From the NCBI RefSeq assembly GCF_000015145.1, contig NC_008818.1:1440001-1472000 (forward strand): DNA of 32,000 nucleotides. Direction: 5' to 3'. Shown here piece after piece: positions 1 to 9,371 of the stretch. The position numbers were made by a program, and so were the translations under genes. Numbering within the stretch: position 1 is the stretch's first letter; each line of letters starts with the position of its first letter. The DNA comes from Hyperthermus butylicus DSM 5456 (GTDB lineage: Archaea > Thermoproteota > Thermoprotei_A > Sulfolobales > Pyrodictiaceae). A model generated the notes under the pieces. It was not told the DNA's origin and did not search any database. It saw nothing but the letters and a program-made list of their open reading frames with translations.

Positions 1-609
1 TTCGACGTGAGAACCATAGTTGATGCACGCGAGATCGCTAGAAAGTACGGATTAGGCCCCAATGGCGCACTCGTAAAGTCTATGGAGTTTATAGCCGAAA
101 ACCTCGAAGCGATACTCTCGAAGATAGCATCCACAGATACAGACTACGTGCTGGTTGACACCCCCGGGCAGATGGAGGTTTTCCTCTTCCGCGACCTGGC
201 GTGGAGGCTCGGCGAGGGATTGAAGAAGATTAGCGAGCAGAGCTACGCGATATTCATACTTGACGCCTCGGTCATCAAGGATCCAGCTGACTACGCCTTC
301 CTGCTGGTGATGTCTACAGCTGTACAGCTACGCCTAAACCTAGAAACAGCCCCCGTCATAAACAAGGCTGATCTGGCTCCCAACATCGAGTTCAGGGGCG
401 ACATATGGAGGGATTACGCTAGGCTAAGCCGCATGCTGAAGGAGAGCCATACATTATACACAGACATGCTGCGCGATATAATGAAGGTCCTGCTGACATA
501 CAATAAGAGGGTTGAAGTACCCAGGGTCTCAGCACTCAAAGGTGAGGGCATGGAGGAGCTGCACCGCCTCATACTCGAGATGGGCTGTAGCTGCGGAGAC
601 CTAAGCTAG
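1..609 (+). CDS. GPN-loop GTPase / ATP(GTP)-binding protein, 5' end outside window
   Basis: Frame is open from base 1 (F-D-V-R-T...), so the GTG at 7 is probably internal. Contains DTPGQMEVFLFR, which matches the GPN-family G3 region, and NKADLAP, which resembles a G4 motif. The P-loop would lie upstream of the window. Confidence 0.88.
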   Translation, partial: FDVRTIVDAREIARKYGLGPNGALVKSMEFIAENLEAILSKIASTDTDYVLVDTPGQMEVFLFRDLAWRLGEGLKKISEQSYAIFILDASVIKDPADYAFLLVMSTAVQLRLNLETAPVINKADLAPNIEFRGDIWRDYARLSRMLKESHTLYTDMLRDIMKVLLTYNKRVEVPRVSALKGEGMEELHRLILEMGCSCGDLS

Positions 610-671
610 GCTCCGATTGACTCCAGGAAGCTGAAGCCCAGGTCCTCTTCCCTCCCCGCCCCCAGCCAAGC

Positions 672-1115
672 TTACGAGCTGCCAAGTACTACTCTATAGA
701 CACCCATGTATATTACACCATTATCAGCCACTACCTTTACCTTAGCCGTTGCCGTGTAGGGCAGGTCGCAGCCAGGCATGTAGGCCACCAACCTGTACTC
801 CCTGCCGGGTTGGAGGATGTTATCGGGTCCAGCACCGTATATGGTGTAGTTCTTAACTTCGCCATAGAACTCAACGTAGACGTGTAACACCTTCACTGGT
901 CTGCCTTCAACCCTGAGCGTCGCATTTAGTATACATGAGTCCCTGTATGCAACGGCGTCATATATGTAGAGTTGCTGGTTTGAGCTGTATATTGCAGCCG
1001 AGAATACGCCGGTCACCCAGCCAATAGCAGCTATAGCTATTACAACCGTAACTGCAACAATTATGATAACCGCTGCTAATGGATGTAATGCCCTCAATGT
1101 CTCCACTATCGCCAC
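672..1115 (-). CDS. Small membrane-anchored surface protein, possibly archaeal type IV pilin-like (N-terminal hydrophobic segment)
   Basis: 147 aa. N-terminus LRALHPLAAVIIIVAVTVVIAIAAIGWVTGVF resembles the archaeal pilin/DUF1628-type N-terminus, followed by a beta-rich extracellular domain. Confidence 0.5.
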   Translation of the reverse strand: MAIVETLRALHPLAAVIIIVAVTVVIAIAAIGWVTGVFSAAIYSSNQQLYIYDAVAYRDSCILNATLRVEGRPVKVLHVYVEFYGEVKNYTIYGAGPDNILQPGREYRLVAYMPGCDLPYTATAKVKVVADNGVIYMGVYRVVLGSS

Positions 1116-1591
1116 CCCAGCCGAGCCTAGGCATCTAGGCGTTCTTATTACACTAATTGGTTAATGCTATAGTAGAACCGCCAACCAAAAAAGTGTTATG
1201 TACTGCGTATGTATGCATTATGCCGATTTCCTCAAAAATGATGTAATATCTCTGTTACGCGATAATTATTTGTTCAAAACCTTATGCCTTGGCTGTAATG
1301 CCTTGACTTAGACGGTATTGTGCCTGTCCATGCTGATATGGTTTTCCTTACTCCCATACATGCCACTAGTATGAGTTCATGCATAGCTGTATGCAGCCTA
1401 GTACTAGGGGATACTAGTTGCAGACGTAGTGTCTTACAGCGGAGGCATTGGGGCGTGTGGATCTGGAGGTCGGTGTGAATGCCTCGGTTCGTATGTGGTT
1501 CTATATGTGCGTGGTGGGTACTTGCTGCGACTGCTACGTGTTATCTTCTGTGGGGGAGGCTATAGGGGCTGGATATGGCTTGTCTTTATGA

Positions 1592-2881
1592 GTGGGTGCT
1601 CCAGGCGTGGAGGCTGGCGAATGGTTATGGGGTTATCATCCTAGCAGGGAGATCGTAGGCGAGTATGGGGGCGACCTTTCCGGCCGCTGTATAGCCCTCG
1701 GCGTTACTGGTAGTGTCGCGCTGTACCGCAGCATCGACCTTGCAAGACTGCTTATGAGGATGGGTGCTCGTGTCCGGGTTGTGATGACTCCAGCTGCTGC
1801 CGAGATGGTCTCCCCCGCTGTCTTCGAGTGGGCTACCGGCGAGCCCGTCGTATCCAGGCTCACCGGCCTCGTGGAGCATGTTACCCTTGCAAAGGTGTGC
1901 GATGCTGTACTCATTGCCCCGGCAACACTGGACATCATAGCCGAGATTGCAGGGTTTAGAGCATCGAAGCCCGTCTCGGCTCTTGCACAGGAAGCTGCCG
2001 GTCTCGGGAAGCCCGTGCTCATAGTGCCTGCTATGCATGGCGGTATGTGGAAGCGTGCATCCAAGCTTGCCGACGAGCTCGAGAAGCAGGGCTTTCACGT
2101 GCTTCGACCGATTGTTGAGGAGGAGCGGGCAAAGTATCCACCAGTCGAGCTCATAGCATGGTGGGCTGAAGCGATTATCTCCCGTGGCCGCGACCTTGAG
2201 GGGCTAAGGTTCCTAGTTACTGCTGGGCCTACAAGGGAGCACATAGATCCTGTAAGAGTCATCACGAACCCCTCCACGGGCCTCATGGGCGTCTCTATAG
2301 CGCTTGAAGCGGCTTTCCGCGGTGCAAGGGTAAAACTCGTACATGGCCCCCTGTCTGTCTATGTCCCGGAGGGGTGGAGGAACTATCTCGAAGAGGTAGT
2401 AGGTGTTGAAACTGCCGAAGAGATGATGGAGTCTGTCCTAGCACGCGTCGGTAGTGTTGACGTGGCTATATATGCTGCAGCTGTTAGCGACTACCAGCCC
2501 GTGGAGACTAGCAGGGTGAAGATCCCAAGCAGGAAGGGAGAGTTAACACTAAGGCTCAAGCCCACGCCGAAGATAGTTGCTAGGGCTGTAGAGGCTGCAC
2601 CAGGAGTAGTACATGTGGGCTTTGCAGCAGAAACCACGTCAAGCCTCGAGGAGCTAGTCAAGAAGGCTAGAGAGAAGCTTGAGGAGTACATGCTTGACGC
2701 TGTTGCCGCCAATAACGTGCTGGAGCCGGGAGCAGGGTTCGCCTCAGAGACCAACCACGTGATAGTGCTTACCTGGAGGGGCGAAAAACTAGAGATACCA
2801 CATATGCATAAGAGGCTTGTGGCACGGCGCCTTCTAGACATTGTTGCTAGGCTTGCTAGGAGCGGTGCTAGGCCCCGCTAG
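1592..2881 (+). CDS. coaBC: Bifunctional phosphopantothenoylcysteine decarboxylase / phosphopantothenate-cysteine ligase
   Basis: HPSREIVGEYGGDLSGRCIALGVTGSVALYRSIDLARLLMR, APATLDIIAEIAG, VTAGPTREHIDPVRVITNPSTGLMG and AAVSDYQP motifs. Start codon uncertain (1592 GTG or slightly downstream). Confidence 0.95.
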   Translation: MGAPGVEAGEWLWGYHPSREIVGEYGGDLSGRCIALGVTGSVALYRSIDLARLLMRMGARVRVVMTPAAAEMVSPAVFEWATGEPVVSRLTGLVEHVTLAKVCDAVLIAPATLDIIAEIAGFRASKPVSALAQEAAGLGKPVLIVPAMHGGMWKRASKLADELEKQGFHVLRPIVEEERAKYPPVELIAWWAEAIISRGRDLEGLRFLVTAGPTREHIDPVRVITNPSTGLMGVSIALEAAFRGARVKLVHGPLSVYVPEGWRNYLEEVVGVETAEEMMESVLARVGSVDVAIYAAAVSDYQPVETSRVKIPSRKGELTLRLKPTPKIVARAVEAAPGVVHVGFAAETTSSLEELVKKAREKLEEYMLDAVAANNVLEPGAGFASETNHVIVLTWRGEKLEIPHMHKRLVARRLLDIVARLARSGARPR

Positions 2882-3535
2882 TTTTGCGGCTGCTGGTAGT
2901 GATCTGCGTAGGATGTATACGCCGAGGTAGACGAATGGCGTATCAAGCACTGCTACTAAGACCTTCCACATCCACTGACCGAGTATCAGCTTCAATAATA
3001 CATCGTTTGGCACAACACCATAGAATGCTAGTGTTATGAAGGTGACCGTGTCTATTAGCTGGCTAACAATTGTGCTAGCATTATTGCGGAGCCAGAGCCA
3101 CTTACCCCTGGTAACCCTCTTCCATACATGGAAGGCCCACACGTCGTGGCTCTGGGAGATAATGTAGGCAACTAGGCCCGCCACTGTAACCCGGAGAGCC
3201 GGCATGAACGCCTTACTATAGAGATCCTGCATATCCGGCATTAGAGGCGGCATATAGTAAGCAGCGAGGATGAGCAGTAACGATGCTACTGCAGCTACGA
3301 GGCCTGCAGCAACAAACATCTGTGCAATCCTCTTTCCATAGACCTCGCTTACCATGTCGGTTATCGGGAACGTAACTGCATACGCTAGGAAGCCTGCTGG
3401 GAGCACGAAGCCCCACAAAGTTACCAGCTTTACGCCAGCCGTAAAGTTGGCAACAATCACTGCTGTAACGAAAATCGCTAGCAGCACGAGTATCGAGCGT
3501 AGGGGGACCATTTGCTTCCACTCCTGGACCTCCAT
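2834..3535 (-). CDS. Queuosine/archaeosine precursor transporter (YhhQ/VUT family)
   Basis: FPITDMVSEVYGKRIAQ, SQSHDVWAFHVWKR and NNASTIVSQLIDTVTFITLAFYG are characteristic of the VUT family. Confidence 0.9.
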   Translation of the reverse strand: MEVQEWKQMVPLRSILVLLAIFVTAVIVANFTAGVKLVTLWGFVLPAGFLAYAVTFPITDMVSEVYGKRIAQMFVAAGLVAAVASLLLILAAYYMPPLMPDMQDLYSKAFMPALRVTVAGLVAYIISQSHDVWAFHVWKRVTRGKWLWLRNNASTIVSQLIDTVTFITLAFYGVVPNDVLLKLILGQWMWKVLVAVLDTPFVYLGVYILRRSLPAAAKLAGPSTAPSKPSNNV

Positions 3536-3552
3536 GCCTCATCGCCCTGCTT

Positions 3553-4371
3553 CTACATTCTGCCTACACCCTTCACCCCGTGACGCCTTATGTAGCTCTC
3601 CTCTACCCATCTATGGACAGCATAAGCCGCAGCAAACATGGCGGCCGCAATGAGTGCCGAGAGAATGAGCTCTGTTCTAAGCCCAAGGTATGGTTCTAGG
3701 CCTGTTGCACCATAACGTATTATTTCTACTGCATGAGAGTATGGGGTAGCTATTGCTATCCACCTTATCGGCTCGGGGAGCATAGCTACGGGAGCAGCAA
3801 TACCCCCGATGAGGAAGAGGAGGAAGTCTGTTACGTCAAGTAGTGTACCTGGGATGTTTAGTCTAAGGCCTAGCGCGGCCAAGAGCAGGCCATAGCTCAG
3901 CGCCATTATAGCCATTGTAGCTAGTCCGTATACCAGCAGCAAGGGGTGCTTTACGAGCGAGGGCTTCTGTCCCGCGATGTGGCGTACGAGCATGTAGAGC
4001 AATGGCAGCATAATCGCTGTTTGTCCTGCAACAGTGATGAGGCGCCCCGAGAGGAATAGTGCTATGCTAGTATTGTGGAGCATGAGTTCCTCTACAAGTC
4101 CGACATTCACGACAAACCATATTGTCCAGCCTGCGGTATAGAGCACCGTGAACGTCATAATGTTCCAGGCTACTATACCCCAGAAGATGTGTGGCATCAT
4201 TTCTCCAAGCTTCTCGTTGGGCATGAATATTATGACACCGAGAACGTATATTGCAACCCAGAGAAACATGGTTAGAGCTGCATTTATGAAGCCATACTTG
4301 TACCTCCAGGTACGCAATGCATGAAGATAAACTATGGCAACGAGCTTATGGGGGAGACTAGTCGAACCCAC
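3553..4371 (-). CDS. ABC-2 type transporter permease
   Basis: 272 aa with about six hydrophobic segments. Overlaps the next permease and is followed upstream by the ABC ATPase gene. Confidence 0.75.
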   Translation of the reverse strand: MGSTSLPHKLVAIVYLHALRTWRYKYGFINAALTMFLWVAIYVLGVIIFMPNEKLGEMMPHIFWGIVAWNIMTFTVLYTAGWTIWFVVNVGLVEELMLHNTSIALFLSGRLITVAGQTAIMLPLLYMLVRHIAGQKPSLVKHPLLLVYGLATMAIMALSYGLLLAALGLRLNIPGTLLDVTDFLLFLIGGIAAPVAMLPEPIRWIAIATPYSHAVEIIRYGATGLEPYLGLRTELILSALIAAAMFAAAYAVHRWVEESYIRRHGVKGVGRM

Positions 4372-5170
4372 TCTTCTTCACCCAAGCTTCAACCCTCGCA
4401 ACTATGGGGGCGGATGCGGCATTGTACACGACGCCTAGGACGGCAAGCATGTAGAGCGCCGCCATAAGCGCTCTTCCCTCAAAGGTGCCCAGCGCTGCTA
4501 GTGAACGTGCAGCCTCCACAACATAGCGTACCGGGACTACGCGTGACACCTCTTGGAGGAGTTCCGGCAGCACTGCAACGGGGTAGAATACACCGGATAC
4601 GAGGAGGAGGAATGGCGAAATACTGCTAATCACGTTGCTCTCCTCCTTGACTATGAGGAGGAGGCTTGCAACGAGAACAGAGAAGCCAACCAAGGGTATC
4701 ATGCCAGCCAGCATGAGGAAGTAGATAGCGGCGACTATGCCCAAGCCGCGGAGCCCCTCGAAGACTATGGCTGCCGGCATCGCTGCTGCAGCCATTACGG
4801 CCGGGCTGAGTATTGCTGCCGGTATGCCGGCAGCCAGGAGCTGCTTGGGAAGCCTGGCTGGGGCAAGCGCGATGTATGTTAGGGTTCCGTTCCACCTGTT
4901 GTACAGCGTATAGCCCGCCACATCGTCTATTATGGCGACAGTCGACATCGCAATAACGCTAGCCGATAACAGGAAGAATACTGGGTTCTTCACACCCATC
5001 CTCAACGCGTATATGCGTGGATCGCCAAAGAGATAGCCTAGACCCAGCATGACGAGCATCATTAGGTAGGGCCAGAGCAGGAATGTAGCGAGCATTGCAC
5101 GACTATTCTTGAGCCATCTCGTATACGCGTAGAACTCGGCGCGGACCAACTGGAGGAAGCTTACAGGCAA
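4358..5170 (-). CDS. ABC-2 type transporter permease
   Basis: 270 aa with multiple hydrophobic segments and FLLLVSGVFYPVAVLPELLQEVSRVVPVRYVVEAAR, typical of ABC-2 permeases. Overlaps the 3553..4371 gene by 14 nt. Confidence 0.82.
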   Translation of the reverse strand: MPVSFLQLVRAEFYAYTRWLKNSRAMLATFLLWPYLMMLVMLGLGYLFGDPRIYALRMGVKNPVFFLLSASVIAMSTVAIIDDVAGYTLYNRWNGTLTYIALAPARLPKQLLAAGIPAAILSPAVMAAAAMPAAIVFEGLRGLGIVAAIYFLMLAGMIPLVGFSVLVASLLLIVKEESNVISSISPFLLLVSGVFYPVAVLPELLQEVSRVVPVRYVVEAARSLAALGTFEGRALMAALYMLAVLGVVYNAASAPIVARVEAWVKKSGFD

Positions 5171-5189
5171 GCCCCTCAGCCTCCCCCTC

Positions 5190-6227
5190 CTAGGCCTGCT
5201 CGCCGCGCCTCGTTAGAGCTATGAACACGTCCTCGAGTGTCGGCTTGCCAACCTCTATACTCCTAACACTATAACCCAGCCCTGAGAGGACTGCCACTAC
5301 CCTCGAGATAGTTTCTTCTTCCTCGCCAGGCTTAACCAGTACGCGTAGACGAAGATTGTTTGATCCCTCCTCCTCTTCTACACGTAGGTTCCTGGTTCCC
5401 AACGCTTTAGCGATCCCCTCTTCGAGCCCAGTTAGGGAGGTTGCCGCAGCACGATGAGCCCTAAACCTCACTGTGACGGTTACGCTCTTCGCAACCATAC
5501 CCTTTAGCTCGTCGGGCGAGCCTATTGCAGCTATGCGTCCCTCGGATATTATTGCAACGCGGTCGCAGACTATCTCGGCTTCAAACATGTTGTGCGTCGT
5601 TATGAGTACCGCCTTCCCGTTTTCGCGGGCCAGCCTTATGAGCAGCTCGCGAATCCTCCGGGCGGATGGAGGGTCCAGGCCCAGCGTGGGCTCATCGAGG
5701 ATTAGTACTGGAGGATCGTGGAGTAATGCTCTTGCAAGTGCTAGGCGCGCCTTCATCCCGAGCGAGTACTCCTCATAGAGCTTGTTCACGGCGCCTAGTT
5801 CGTCTAGCCCCACGAGCCTTACAGCCCTCTCAACAGCCTCGTCGAGCTGCCTCCCCCTGAGTCCCCGCAGCATGCCGAAGTAGCGTAGGTTTTCCCTGCC
5901 GGTTAGCTTCCAGAAGAACCCCCTCTCAACGCTCAGCACAACGCCTATCCGCTCCCTAACCCTTACAGGCTCTGAGACGACGTCGTAGCCGGCAACCGAT
6001 GCAGTACCCTTGTCGGGTAGAAGTAGCGTAGAAATAATCTTCACAGTCGTTGTTTTACCTGCACCGTTCGGGCCTAGGAGGCCAAAGACCTCGCCCCAGC
6101 GCACTGTAAAGCTTACACCGCGGAGAGCCTCGACCACCCTCTTTACCCGTTTGAGGAAGCCCCTCCTCTCCCAGGTGGTGTAGCGCTTCACCAACCCATT
6201 AGCGATGATGGCGTAGCCCGAAGGCAT
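5190..6227 (-). CDS. ABC transporter ATP-binding protein (daunorubicin resistance/DrrA-like)
   Basis: Walker A GPNGAGKTT, signature YSLGMKARLALARALLHDPPVLILDEPTLGLDP, H-loop TTHNMFEAE. Confidence 0.95.
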   Translation of the reverse strand: MPSGYAIIANGLVKRYTTWERRGFLKRVKRVVEALRGVSFTVRWGEVFGLLGPNGAGKTTTVKIISTLLLPDKGTASVAGYDVVSEPVRVRERIGVVLSVERGFFWKLTGRENLRYFGMLRGLRGRQLDEAVERAVRLVGLDELGAVNKLYEEYSLGMKARLALARALLHDPPVLILDEPTLGLDPPSARRIRELLIRLARENGKAVLITTHNMFEAEIVCDRVAIISEGRIAAIGSPDELKGMVAKSVTVTVRFRAHRAAATSLTGLEEGIAKALGTRNLRVEEEEGSNNLRLRVLVKPGEEEETISRVVAVLSGLGYSVRSIEVGKPTLEDVFIALTRRGEQA

Positions 6228-6264
6228 GACTGCGACATCCGGGCGCCAACATCCCGTAGCGGGC

Positions 6265-6277
6265 CCTAATTAAATGG
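6265..6277 (-). promoter_or_regulatory. Possible TATA-box region for the ABC exporter operon
   Basis: Minus strand reads CCATTTAATTAGG, about 40-50 nt upstream of the ATPase start at 6227, in otherwise GC-rich sequence. Confidence 0.4.
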
Positions 6278-6381
6278 AGGGTCTATGAGTGGGCTCGGAA
6301 TGGGGCCTCGGGGTGGGACCCGCCGGCTCATCCAACACGATGCGCCCCAGCCATCGGGGGCTGTCGCCGGCGCGGTGGCCA

Positions 6382-7245
6382 CTAGGCTCTATTCTCGGGG
6401 CCTCCTCTTTTACTCGTCGCAGCTGAGCGAGCCTCCGCTATGCCAACGTGTATCGTCAGTTCTATACCCTTGACTGCAAGGGTGTCGCGAAGCTCATCTG
6501 CTAGGAGGTCTGCTATGTCGGGGGTCATCCTCTCATCTATTGGCACTACAACTATGTCGCCCTCGTAGCGTCCCTCGTCGAGCCTACGTATCTTGATGGA
6601 TACTGGCCGGAGGCCCCGCAGCCGCGCCTCCCTCTCCACGACCTGGTACACGGTCTCTGGTGCCGCCCGGTCAGATATCATGTCTATGAGTAGGCTGTAG
6701 GCCTCCCTCGCTTCGTGGTATATGTAGGCTAGTATGATGAAGCCCCCCGCGAGGTCTAGGAGGTAGCTCACGCTGTGGCCTAGAAAGCTGCTAATAGCCG
6801 ATACAATACTCTCGAAGACCTCGCTAGCAGTGAAGCCCGCGTAGACCCTCAACACGGGGTCTATGCCGCGGGCAGCTACGATAGCTAGTGCATAGAGTAG
6901 GCCTCCGATGGCTGCAGCAAGGGGGCTACCTATCTCCACCTCGTAGCCCGAGATGCTGTCTAGGAGGGCTAGTGTTGAGAAGCCAGCTACGTACATGTAG
7001 GCTAGCAGGCTGAACAATGTGCCCCCATACTTTAGGCGCACGTGCCCGTAGGGGTGGTCAACGTCTGGAGGCTTCTTCGAAGCCCAGTAGTAGGCTAGAA
7101 CCCCTGCCAACGCGACAAGGTTTGCTATACACGTTGCAGCATCTACTAGTAGTGCACGGCTACCATAGGCTACGCCAGCTATCTTAACTATGGCTCCAGC
7201 TACCGCACCTGCTACCGCGACGTGGAGACGGTACCGGCGCACCAA
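6382..7245 (-). CDS. Cation diffusion facilitator (CDF) family transporter
   Basis: GVAYGSRALLVDAATCIANLVALAGVLAYYWASKKPPDVDHPYGHVRLKYGG and a C-terminal cytoplasmic domain, as in CDF/ZitB-like proteins. Confidence 0.82.
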   Translation of the reverse strand: MVRRYRLHVAVAGAVAGAIVKIAGVAYGSRALLVDAATCIANLVALAGVLAYYWASKKPPDVDHPYGHVRLKYGGTLFSLLAYMYVAGFSTLALLDSISGYEVEIGSPLAAAIGGLLYALAIVAARGIDPVLRVYAGFTASEVFESIVSAISSFLGHSVSYLLDLAGGFIILAYIYHEAREAYSLLIDMISDRAAPETVYQVVEREARLRGLRPVSIKIRRLDEGRYEGDIVVVPIDERMTPDIADLLADELRDTLAVKGIELTIHVGIAEARSAATSKRGGPENRA

Positions 7246-7334
7246 TGCTTAAGCCTCCAAGCCGCCTGGTAGGTGGCCAGCTTAGGGGTTATAGGCTGCC
7301 AGCCGCACTAGCAGCACAGCAGGATTGATAAGCC

Positions 7335-8408
7335 GTGGCTAGTGGGAGTAACAGCTTCTTCCCCCTTGCTGAGGGTGCAGCTGAGGCTGCCTCAGCTAGG
7401 CGCCCGGAGACCAGGGATATTGTTCGCCGGCTGGGCGTCATACCGCCGGAGAGGATAACGATTACGAACTATCCCGTGGCGCGCCCACTAGCGGTATTCA
7501 ATGCCGCGCTAAGCGTCGAGGAGGACAACGCAAGGATATACGCGAGAATAATAATGGGCTATTACCTCTACATCTCAGCTATAGCTGAGATAAACATACC
7601 CCTCGAGGACATCAATGATGGTAGTGTGGGTTGGCGCAACTACGCTGCGGCCATAGTTGTTTACCCGTCAACACGCTACGATGTATGGGGCACCGAGGAC
7701 CCGAGAGTATTCAGGCTCGACGAAAAACTATACATGGTTTATACAGGTAGAACAGTCAACTACTTCAGGCAAGGCGCGGAGAGGGAGCGCACCCTCCCCG
7801 TCGCAGCAGTAATGGAGGAGAATGGCTGGACGAAAAAGGCGGTATTCGTGCTACCCCCGGGGCTCCGAAGGCATCTTATAAGCGATAAGAACGCCTTCCT
7901 CGTGAGGGTCGGCGGCGACCTCCTGCTATTCCACAGGCCGCACATGGACGACAATAGGTTCTACCTCGCAGTGAGTAAGGTTGAAGAGCTCCCGCATACG
8001 TGCAGTAGCGGTATCTGCGAGATCGAGGTTAGGGATACTGTTTGGGTTCTACCGCAGGCACCCTTTGAGACAAAGATTGGCTGGGCAACACCGCCAGTCG
8101 ATGTGGCAGGAGACACCGTGATAGCCCTAGCACATGGCGTCGACCGTGAAATTGGCGTTTACCGCGTCTTCGCGGTTAAGCTACGCTACAGCCGGAAAAG
8201 GGGCATCACAGTGGAATCCGTGACCCCAACATACATCATGGAGCCCAGGGAGATATACGAGGTGTACGGCGACAGGCCCTACACCATATTCCCCTGCGGC
8301 GCCTGGAGAGTAGACCGCGACACCGTACTGCTAACCTATGGCGCAGGAGACTACGTAGTCGGAATAGGCTCCCTCAACATCAACGAACTCATAGATATGC
8401 TCGAGTAG
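7335..8408 (+). CDS. GH130-like glycosidase/phosphorylase-related protein
   Basis: WGTEDPRVFRLDEKLYMVYTG, LISDKNAFLVRVGGDLLLFHRPHMDD and YRVFAVKL...TYIMEPREIYEVYGDRPYTIFPCGAWRVDRDTVLLTYGAGDYVVGIGS resemble the GH130/DUF377 beta-propeller fold. Confidence 0.82.
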   Translation: MASGSNSFFPLAEGAAEAASARRPETRDIVRRLGVIPPERITITNYPVARPLAVFNAALSVEEDNARIYARIIMGYYLYISAIAEINIPLEDINDGSVGWRNYAAAIVVYPSTRYDVWGTEDPRVFRLDEKLYMVYTGRTVNYFRQGAERERTLPVAAVMEENGWTKKAVFVLPPGLRRHLISDKNAFLVRVGGDLLLFHRPHMDDNRFYLAVSKVEELPHTCSSGICEIEVRDTVWVLPQAPFETKIGWATPPVDVAGDTVIALAHGVDREIGVYRVFAVKLRYSRKRGITVESVTPTYIMEPREIYEVYGDRPYTIFPCGAWRVDRDTVLLTYGAGDYVVGIGSLNINELIDMLE

Positions 8409-8704
8409 CCCCGGAAACTCGAAACAATAAAGTCATTTGTGCACAGGGACTACGCATCGGTCAGCATCGACGTCTGGTACCAGTATCTTAAACTTAATGA
8501 TAGCCATCTCTTTTCCCCGAAGCCAGCTTTCAAGGAGAACGTAGATTTCGTTGGCACTGTATAATGGCGGCTGTGAGGAATCTACGGTTTGCGGGGGACA
8601 TCTGTACCACCATTTTATTGAATAAAGCCCGGATATATGTATCGTTCCTAATCTTTGAACTATAAATGATTTGTATTTGTAGATCATAGAATAATACATG
8701 TTGT

Positions 8705-9103
8705 TTATATCGTGTATTCTTCTACTGCTTTTATGATATCGGGGTCGTTTGTTACTGGTTTTGCTTTACGGTTTATGCACTGAGCTGCTATGAGCGAGTC
8801 GAAGTAGTCTATTCCCTCTTTCTCGGCTAGCTCTACGGCGAGGGCGAAGTCTGCCGGTAGTAGTGGCTCTACGGTTTCCTCGTTTAGGATTGCTGCCAGG
8901 AGCTGCCATGTGTCCCGGCGCTCGCTAGGGGTGAAGCCTCTACTCTTCATCAGTAGGTCTAGCTCTATGAGTGCTGCCTGTGATACTCGGCGGCCCGGGT
9001 TCAAGCTCTCGATGAGCCTTGCAGCCTCCTCGTGGAGGGGATCGTCGGGGTTTAGGTAGGCGACGAGGTATACTGTGTCAATTATCTCTCTGGTCTGCTC
9101 CAC
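8705..9103 (-). CDS. PIN-domain ribonuclease toxin, VapC-like
   Basis: 132 aa. IDTVYLVAYLN, LIELDLLMK, IDYFDSLIAAQCINR and VTNDPDI give the acidic PIN motif spacing. Overlaps the downstream end of an AbrB-type ORF. Confidence 0.85.
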   Translation of the reverse strand: MEQTREIIDTVYLVAYLNPDDPLHEEAARLIESLNPGRRVSQAALIELDLLMKSRGFTPSERRDTWQLLAAILNEETVEPLLPADFALAVELAEKEGIDYFDSLIAAQCINRKAKPVTNDPDIIKAVEEYTI

Positions 9104-9344
9104 GCTTCATCATCTCCTCTAGCAGCCGTGTAGCTTCATGGTTTTCCTCTCTCCAGCCCTTCATCTTCCTGCGGAAGGCCTCTGCTACCCGCTCGTAGAG
9201 CTTGTCTAGCGGCACCAGCTCTATCACGCCGTCGCTCCTAACCCTTACTAGGAGCCGGGAGCCCTCCCGCAGCCCCACCGCGTCCCTTACCTCGCGGGGT
9301 ACCAGTAGCCTTCCACGCGAGTCAAGCCGCACAATCCGTGCCAA
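9078..9344 (-). CDS. AbrB/MazE-type DNA-binding antitoxin, VapB-like
   Basis: ARIVRLDSRGRLLVPREVRDAVGLREGSRLLVRVRSDGVIELVPL is a SpoVT/AbrB swapped-hairpin domain. Start reassigned to TTG at 9344 because it follows a GGGAGG element and a TATA-like box; the ORF-track start at 9446 lies upstream of that box. Confidence 0.82.
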   Translation of the reverse strand: MARIVRLDSRGRLLVPREVRDAVGLREGSRLLVRVRSDGVIELVPLDKLYERVAEAFRRKMKGWREENHEATRLLEEMMKRGADQRDN

Positions 9345-9371
9345 GACGCTGCCTCCCACTGGTCTAGGTGT

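Noticed and set aside
1429-1644. Short plus-strand ORF upstream of coaBC
   Set aside because: Gly/Arg/Cys-rich composition, overlaps the coaBC start, and has no recognisable domain.
1625-2841. Minus-strand ORFs inside coaBC
   Set aside because: Antisense shadows of a conserved gene.
6285-6380. GC-rich, potentially structured stretch between the CDF gene and the ABC operon, considered as a tRNA or other RNA gene
   Set aside because: No T-loop GTTCRA consensus or cloverleaf pairing could be assembled on either strand.
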